Assembly (NCBI RefSeq): GCF_009914755.1 | Contig: NC_060927.1 | Source: the human T2T-CHM13v2.0 reference genome, Homo sapiens | Strand: one strand, 5' to 3' | Length of the DNA stretch: 64,000 bases | Shown here: positions 56,101 to 64,000 of the stretch, one piece after another | How the letters are laid out: every line of letters begins with the position of its first letter | How positions within the stretch are numbered: position 1 is the first letter of the stretch | Notes under the pieces: generated by a model | The model's input: only the letters and a program-made list of their open reading frames with translations | The model's database searches: none | Told to the model about the DNA's origin: nothing | Made by a program: the position numbers and the translations under genes

Positions 56101-56732
56101 TTATTTGATATCGATAAAGAAGTGCTCATTAATGATCAAAGAACAAAGATTACAAACTGATAGAATGGATCTTAGTTTTTTAGGGACACAGAAAGTAAGC
56201 GGTTTTTGTTTGAGCATATGAAATCAGGAGAGGTGGGCTGAGATTAGCTATAATACGAATTTTTGCTGCAATGAAATTAGGTCTTAAACAACTCAGTATC
56301 TTAGTGGAATATAACTAGTTGTATTTTACTCATAAAAAATTGATGCAACTAGCAGATTCATGGCAGTTGTTCAATTGCTATCTCCTGTACTTACTACACT
56401 TATCTCCAGATTGCAGGTCACGTTCAGTTTGGCTTTATATTCATACTTAAAGCAGCAGCTTTCTAGAGCAACTTTTCTCGTAATGGAGGCCAAAATTCCA
56501 AGAGGTCAAGCGTATCCATGCAAGCACATGATTTGCAGGTATTGGGTTGCACTAGGTGTATATTATATTCATTCACTGTCCATTGTCCTAAGGAACACAA
56601 GGAGCCAAATCCAACTTGCGTGGGTCACGTGGCAAGAGTGCCATGGAATAATGCTGTTAGCTGAAGTGGTAAAGATAATCTATTACAGGAGTTTGTATAG
56701 ATTGGGGTCATGGTTGCAGAAGGTCAGGATTG

Positions 56733-58805
56733 CTATGACAACTTTTAAAATAAGACAACAATGAAATTTACTGCATCAATTTAATCTTCCTTTCATGAAA
56801 GTTTTCTTTGTAGTGTGCAATGCTGTTTGACAGCATTATACCCACAGTGGAAGTTTTTTTCCAAAATTGAAACCAATCCTCTCAAACCTTTCCCTTGCTT
56901 AATAAAGTTTATATAATATTCTAAATCCTTTATCATTTCAACAATGTTCATAGTATCTTCACCAGGAGTAGATCCTGTCTCAAAAAAACCATGTTCTTTC
57001 CTCCTCCATAAGTAGCTAGTCCTCATTCATCAAAGTTTTATCATGAGGTTATAGCAATTCAGTCACATCTTTAGGCTTCAGTTCTAATTACAGTTCTCTT
57101 GCTATTTCCACTACATCTGCAGTTACTTCCCCCAATAAAGTCTTGAACCCCCCAAAGTCATCCATGAGAGTTGAAATAAACTTCTTCCAAACTCCTGTTG
57201 TTGATGTTTTGTTTTTTTCTCCCATGAATCACAAATGTTCTTAATGACATCTGGGATGGTAAATCCTTTCCAGAAGGTTTTTAATTTATTTTGCACAGAT
57301 ACATCAGAGGATTTCTATCTATGGCAGCTATGACCTTATGAAATGTACTTCTTAATAAGACTTGAAAATAAAAATGACTCCTTGATCCACGGGCCACAGA
57401 ATGGATGTTGTGATAGCAAGCATAAATATAACATTAATCTCTTTGCACGTCTTCATCAGAGCTCTTGGGTGAACAGATGCATTGTCAATGTAGTATTTTG
57501 AAAGGAATTTTTTTTCCTGAGCATTAAGTCTCAAAATATGGCTAAAATATTCAGTAAACCATGGTGTAAAAGTATGTGCTGACATCTAGGTTTTGTTTTC
57601 TTTCATTGATAGAGCACAAGCAGAATGGATTTATGGCATAATTGTCAGGGGCCCCAAGATTTTCAGATTGGTAATGAGCATTGGCTTTAACTTAAAGTCA
57701 CCAGCTATATTAGCCCCTGACAAGAGAATCATACAGATTATCTTTTGAAGCTGTGAAGCCAGGCACTGACTTCTCCTCTCCAGCTATAAAAGTCCTAGAT
57801 GGCATCTTTTCCCCACATGATCATGTATAATATTTATTAGTTATTTAGTGTAGTCACGTTCAATTATCTTAGCTCTACATTTTAGCTAACCTGCTACAGC
57901 TTCTACAGAATCACTTGCTGCTTTACTTTGCACCTTAATGTTAAGAAGATAACTTCGTTCCTTAAATCTCATGAACCAACATCTGTTAGTTTCCAACCTT
58001 TATTCTTCAGCTTCTTTACCTCTCAGTGTTCATAGAATTGAAGAGAGTTAGGGCTTTGCTCTGGGTTAGGCTTGGCTTAAGGGAATGTTGTGACTGGTTT
58101 GATCTTCCATCCAGATTACTGAAAACTTATCCATATCAGCAATAAGTCTGATTAGCATTCTTATTATTTGTGTTCATAGGAGTAACACTTTTAAATATTT
58201 TTAAGAATTTTTTCTTTGCATTTACAACTTGATTAACTGCTTGGCACAAGGGGCCTAGCTTTTAGCTTGTCTTGGCTTTCAACATCTCAACATGCCATCC
58301 TCACTAAGCTTAATCTTTTCTAGTTTTTAATTTAAGGTGAGAGCCGTGCTAAACGTCCTTTCATTTGACTACTTAGAGGCCATTGTCGGCTTATTAACTG
58401 GCCTAATTTCAATATTCTTATGTCTCAGAGAATAGGTAGGCCTGAAGAGAAAATAGGAGAGGAGGAAAAGCCAGTTGGTGAAACAGTCAGAACACATACA
58501 ACATTTATTGACAAAGATTGCAGTCTAAGATGGGTGTGGTTTGTGGTGTCCAAACCAATTACAATATTAACAACAGAGATCACTGAACATGGATTACCAT
58601 AACAGATATGATAATAATGAAAAAGTTTGATATCTTATAATAATTATCAAAATAAGACAAAATGATAAGAAGTGAGAACAAGCTGTTAGAAAAATGGCAT
58701 CCAGAGACTTGCTCAATGCAGAGTTGCAACACACCTTCCATTTGTATAAAACGCTATATCTGTGAAGCCCAATAAAGCAAATCACAAGAAAATGAGGTAT
58801 ACTTG
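56733..58805 (-). mobile_element. Tigger1 DNA transposon (about 2.07 kb, 3' terminus missing), decayed transposase
   Basis: The reverse strand from 58805 reads caagtatacctcattttc..gctttattgggcttcacagata, like the Tigger1 5' end. DDE-region peptide IDNASVHPRAL...TTSILWPVDQGVI..FKSY. Confidence 0.92.
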
Positions 58806-59222
58806 TGTAGGGAAAAAGCCTGTTGCATGGCAAGAGTGACACCATTTTGAAGCAAAACCACCATGTTGACCCCTGCATACCAAGGTGTTCTGCAGCTAGG
58901 TCTTAAAGAATTGGAAACACAACTAACCCCTCAAGAAGGTGCTTATCTAACCTCCCAGTGGTCACGAGTTTCAGAAAGAAAGTCTGAGACATGACCAGCT
59001 GCACATATTTTATTCTAAAACTGTGTTGTATACAGGATACTTTCTGGAGAACAAGTGTGAGGAGCTAGTGTCTTGCAGCTGCCACAGCTATTGCTTCTGT
59101 TTATAAAGTCCCTATTAAATATTTTCTTTCTAAAAAACCAGATTTTTCAGCCTCTTCTGTGGGGCTCTCAGCTCTCCTGGCTTTTGGTGTTAGGTTTGTG
59201 TGTACCTGCTCAATGTGAAACA
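58806..59222 (+). mobile_element. LTR47-like solo LTR
   Basis: tgtagggaaaaagcctgttgcatggcaagagtgacaccat...gaaaca, with TSD acttg at 58801-58805 and 59223-59227. Confidence 0.85.
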
Positions 59223-60836
59223 ACTTGCCATTCTTTTTCCTTTTTCTTCTTCTGTTGAATTTTCTGTACGCTTTTGCTCCTTCCAGAAGATCAGTGAAGT
59301 GGCTGTGTGTGTATATCTAGTAAACACATACTGTTTTCACTTGCTTCCTCAAGCTCTAGCTCTCGGTAGATCACTAGAGATAGTGACATAGTAGAAAGAC
59401 ACTCCAGCTGGAGTCACCTCGCAATGACTGGATTGGGTTCCCCACTCCCCGTGGGCAGGTAAGGCCTCAGAGAGGAATGAGGAGAGTATTAAAGACCAAT
59501 GAGACTATAAAGACCTGCAAAACAAGAAATTGGTCCAAATCCTTCATTTTCTTCCTATTCAGCACAATTCTCTATTTTCAACTTTGCTGAAGGCCTCATC
59601 AGTTTGAGTAATGAGCCTAAAAACTAACACAAGATTAATTACTGTAACCCAAGTGTGTTTTAGGCTAGAAGCAGATTTAGATGGATTAAGCACCAATTTT
59701 ATCACAGGTGACGTAGAGGAGGACAAAATGAGTAGAAAGCAATGTACATAAAGGAAAACTAACATGGGTAACATTTCTTGGTAATTTTTAAAAGTTTTTA
59801 ATTATTAACACTTAAAATATATATCATTATTTAACAATAAAAAGACTAGGCTTGAAAAAGTCACGTGACCACAAAGTTTATTAAATGGAAGTTTCAGGAC
59901 TCAAATCCAATTTTACCACTTCACCACCAGAGAATGAAGTGTCTTGCGATTCACCCACTTACCTATGTTGATCAGATTCTAAATGAGCAATAAGAAAATA
60001 TTTGAAATGAATTAGAGAGAAACTGGGTTTTTTTGTATACAAGCTTTGCATAAGAAGATTCAATAAATATAAATATTTTATAGAATTCACAGAGCAAGTG
60101 TTTATGAAATTTTAAAAATTATGTAAATTGCTGAAAATCATTTGGAAGATACCATATTATTCTTAATACAATTATATGGACAAATGTTCTTTTATAAATC
60201 ATGTTGCATTCCTATGATTACAGTTGTATGTTCTGATTTGTATAGTTACTTATTCTTCTCTGTATCTGTTTAGCTCTACGCATCTTTCCCTCCTTTCCCC
60301 TACCCAAATTGAAAGAAAATTTTTCAAAGTTCACAGTTTTGTCTCATTGATTGTTGCACACCACAGCATGATGCCTAATATGAACTGTTAAATTCTGAAT
60401 TAATGCTCTAACAAGTTAAATAAACCAGAGCCATGAAATACAGTACTTGGGAAGCTCTCAGGTTAGAATGTTTCATTTGCTCTACAGGTTGCTTTTCTCA
60501 ACACTAGGCAAAGGGTTTTGTTCAAAGTTAAAGTAGCCATAATATAATTGCTTGTTAGAATAAATACATTTACCACTTACTCTTTATGCCAAGAACTTAG
60601 AAACTCAATTGTCAAAATAATATTGCTAGTAAAATGGCCAGTAATGACATTTTTGTCATGTTCAAGAACAGTTTTTCTCTGTTGAGTTTATCTATTGCAA
60701 ATACATATAATATAATTTTTCATGGTATAATTCAAAACCTTTCCTTATTTTTTTAAAAAGAAACAGTTATATAGTACTTACTATGTGCAGGCAATATTCT
60801 GAATATACTTATGAATGTTAAATTATTTTCATACCT

Positions 60837-61230
60837 GTGTAGGATAAAGGTGAAGAAGCAGAAGTATGCAAGGAGAGCCTAGAGACTGCAAAGTAAATAT
60901 GACATCTGTGAAAAGAGAGAGGAAAGGAAGAATAGTTGGACAGAAAGAGTTGCAGATTGAAGCACAGTTCTAAGAAAGATTCAGTGAGGCAAATAGGGAG
61001 TCCATGAGCCAAAGTTGTCAGTAAGTGAAGTCCTGAATATTGCAGGGATGGCAGGGCACTAGACCTTCCATCATGGTAAGTCATTAGCTGGAAGCATTCC
61101 AGTACAAGCATAGTTCATTACAAATGCAGTGATACGTTCAGAAGGTGACGGCTAGAGATATCATCATGTCTGCTGTTCCTTACAGCAAGTTTTAATAAAA
61201 GAAATCTGAGGCCTGGAATTCCATGTCTAC
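60837..61230 (-). mobile_element. Ancient ERVL-type LTR fragment between MIR pieces
   Basis: Purine-rich tgacatctgtgaaaagagagagg...gcacagttctaagaaag; MIR-like flanks at about 60770 and 61260-61330. Confidence 0.45.
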
Positions 61231-62064
61231 CATTCCTCACAGCAAACCTGTAAGTTATTTTTTTACTATAATTCCATTTTACATATGAGAAAATGGAGAA
61301 TTAGAGATTAAATAAATTGCCCAAGACCATATCTTATTGTTCAATCAAGCTAAATAAATTTTCTTTGTTTGTGGAGTGATTGTTTTTTATGTTTTTTGAC
61401 AAAATCTCACAAATCTACATGTGATTTGTTAATTAAGTAACTAATGATAAAATTATCAGGTAATTCTACCATTCTAGGTGTAAATGTTTAGAGAATATTC
61501 AGCTTCCATGCGATATGTTTTTAGACTCCCTCTCAGTAGAAATTGCACTAAGCAACAAGGAATTGGGGAAGTACAAAGTTAGTGATATCATTAGAAGCTG
61601 TATGAAATAGCAAATAAAAATCCTAAAGAAACTCAGAGAAATTAAAATTTACTTCCTTTTTTATTGATTTTTCATCTTCCCTTTTATATCAAGGTAATAT
61701 TGGCAATTCATTAGGTAAAGGAAGAGCTCATATGCTTGAGAACTTCCTTTATATTAAGGGTGAAAGTTTCCCATTGTTCCTAAAATAAATATATTGAGTT
61801 TTCTCTCCAGGTCAATATTCTGTGATGTATATGTTCATTTTTATTGTTTTTAAATTATACTTCCTCAAACTGTGTGACTACTCTTCACCACCGGAAAACA
61901 CAGTGACCAAGATGCTATGCACACGGCAAACTATCAGACAGGGCTCTCATCTCCCATCAAACATTTGTCTTAATTCTCTAGGTCTTTGGTTTCTCATCTA
62001 TACATAAGGAAAGCTAACCTCTACCCAAAATGAAAAACAAAATCATCATTAAAGTCACCCTAGA

Positions 62065-62185
62065 AGCTATTTTTAAAAAATCAGGTGTCTCAGCCCAAAT
62101 GTAAAGAACCAGAATATATAGGCTAGTATGAGCCTGGGGAATTTTCTAAAACTGTACAATGATGAACCAGGTTTAGGTATCACTG
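62065..62185. mobile_element. MER5A-like hAT fragment
   Basis: cagcccaaat..accagaat...gagcctgggg...ccaggtttaggtatcactg. Confidence 0.45.
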
Positions 62186-63874
62186 AACTATATAACCTGT
62201 AGTTATTACATTCTTTTTAAAAATCTCTCTACTTACCTAATGTGAATATTTTAAAATTCCTTTGCATGCAAAATCAATTGAATTTGTACATCCAATTAAA
62301 TTTTTTATGAGTTTTTTGCCTTATACTATGTGAGTAAGAAGAGCACTAAAATATACTATAACTATCATATTTGATTTTTAGCCAAATATTATATAAAATA
62401 TAATATTCTAAGGTATCATGTAAATTGGAAACATAAACCATCTTTTATAAAGGCTAATAAAGCTTTTGTATAAAAATTTAAAATATGTTATCTTTAATGA
62501 TATGTTAATCTATTACCAGTAGAAATACTTAACATTTATTAAAGATAAAATTTCACACAATGACTTGAGTGCAATAAGTTTTCAAGTGGGAATTCTTTGT
62601 GCATTTGGAAATACAGCCCTCTACCACTATACACTTTAAAATTTCAATTGAATGATGTTTTTAATTTGTTTCTCTATTCTCATATATCATCAGTAGATTA
62701 CCACTTCACGTTACAATTACTCACAGTGCTTATCTGTAAATGAAATTTGAAAACATGATGGGTACATAATGCACTGCCAGCATAAGCAGAAACACTGCTC
62801 CAATCACACCTTATGTCAACATGTTCATCCTTAATAATAGAAAAATGCACCTTCAAGGAAATAATTTGATTAAACCTTATCAGAACAACTAACATTTCCT
62901 ATTTTAATGTAACATTTCAAACACTCCAAATCTTACAAGCTGTTCTACATGGCAGTGAAGCACATCACGGCAACATTTTTCAACACACATAAACAAGACA
63001 CCGGCTTCTGTGCTGTCTTTGTTTCTGTCTCCATGAAACGTTGCAGGTGTGATGAAATGAACATTCCTGAAGTGTTTTGTTGTTGTTTTGAAACTCATAC
63101 AATCACGAAAGTCTCTCAAGCAGTTGCATTAGATAGGTTAATTCAAGTATATTGAATAACTTGCATCTGCTTCCTGCTACTGCCATCACCAGCTCCCCAA
63201 ATATGTATCCCCGGACGTTATTTTTATTCAAAGCTTATCACTCTCTTAGAGAACGGTCATCAGAAACACCTCTATGTGCTAATTATTTGATCGTATGCTC
63301 TATTTAATTCTGAAATCAGGGAGAAGTCTGGAATTAATTAAAGACTTTTAAAAAGACATGAAGTAACAAAAGTTATGTCATCATTCCAGGGATCATGAAG
63401 AAAAATATTTTTAGAAACACAATTGAATTATGCATTTATATAATTAAAAGAGTGACTCATGACATTTGGAAAAAATTAAGCAGTAGATATATGTATACAA
63501 ACACAAAAATTGTTAAGTTATCTTTACCACAGTCCAGCTCCATCTCTTGGGAGCGATCAATATTAACTGCTGAGTGTGCACTCTGCTACACTTTTCCTAT
63601 GTCCTTTATGTATACATGCAGAGATTTTGAGGCTAATATGTTTATTTTCTCATAAATTACACATTGCCTCATAACCTGTTTTTTTCAGTTAGCTGGACAT
63701 TTCAAAGGTAAAGAATCTTTTCAAAATGTATTTATAATTTTATTATAAACATATACTATATAATTTTAAATTTCAAATATATTACTTGCCTTATAATTCA
63801 AAGAAGCAGTATTCTGCCTAAGCCACACTTTGACTCACATTTCCCATAGGCAACCTGACTTTTAGCTCTTCCAG

Positions 63875-64000
63875 CATTCATTTATTCACCAAGTACTTAT
63901 GGAATGCCAGGTGCTATTCTTAGTACATGGATATGAAACACGGCAAAGAATAAAACAGCTAGCTTTTCTGCTTTCAGAAACAAAGCATTCAAGGGAGGGA
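63875..64000 (-). mobile_element. L2 3' end
   Basis: cattcatttattcaccaagtacttat..tgccaggtgctattct. Confidence 0.6.

Noticed and set aside
56360-56764. 134-aa ORF
   Set aside because: No recognisable domain; it overlaps probable ancient MLT1-type LTR sequence and the Tigger1 edge.
57352-57585. Domesticated Tigger transposase (TIGD1-like gene)
   Set aside because: The frame is heavily disrupted; this is an ordinary decayed Tigger1 copy.
59400-59465. caggtaag splice donor suggesting an exon
   Set aside because: It is an isolated consensus motif with no convincing ORF or paired acceptor.

Overview
AT-rich, repeat-dense primate (human-like) genomic DNA, intergenic or deep intronic. I find no credible host protein-coding exon, RNA gene, CpG island or CRISPR array; nearly all ORF-track entries are translated Alu, L1, LTR or simple-repeat sequence. 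Recognisable content: a complete MST/THE1 MaLR element with TSD (617-2984); many solo LTRs (MLT2, THE1, MST, MLT1, LTR47 and others); Alus of the J, S and Y lineages; L1, L2 and MIR fragments; most of a Tigger1; and a 24-copy 63-bp minisatellite (33.6-35.2 kb). Three L1 insertions show the twin-priming inversion. The most unusual region is 24.5-31.2 kb, where the 3' half of a decayed MER66/ERV-V-like provirus (pol, small hydrophobic ORF, env, LTR) is joined directly to a 3'-truncated L1PA. That L1's inverted 5'UTR has an open ORF0 and points its antisense promoter into the L1-ERV fusion. Also notable are a perfect 35-bp inverted copy of local L1 sequence and one target site hit by both an Alu and an L1. 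Subfamily names are recognised by eye from remembered consensus sequences, not from a database run. I see no evidence for a new functional biological system; the findings are mostly records of mutational mechanism.
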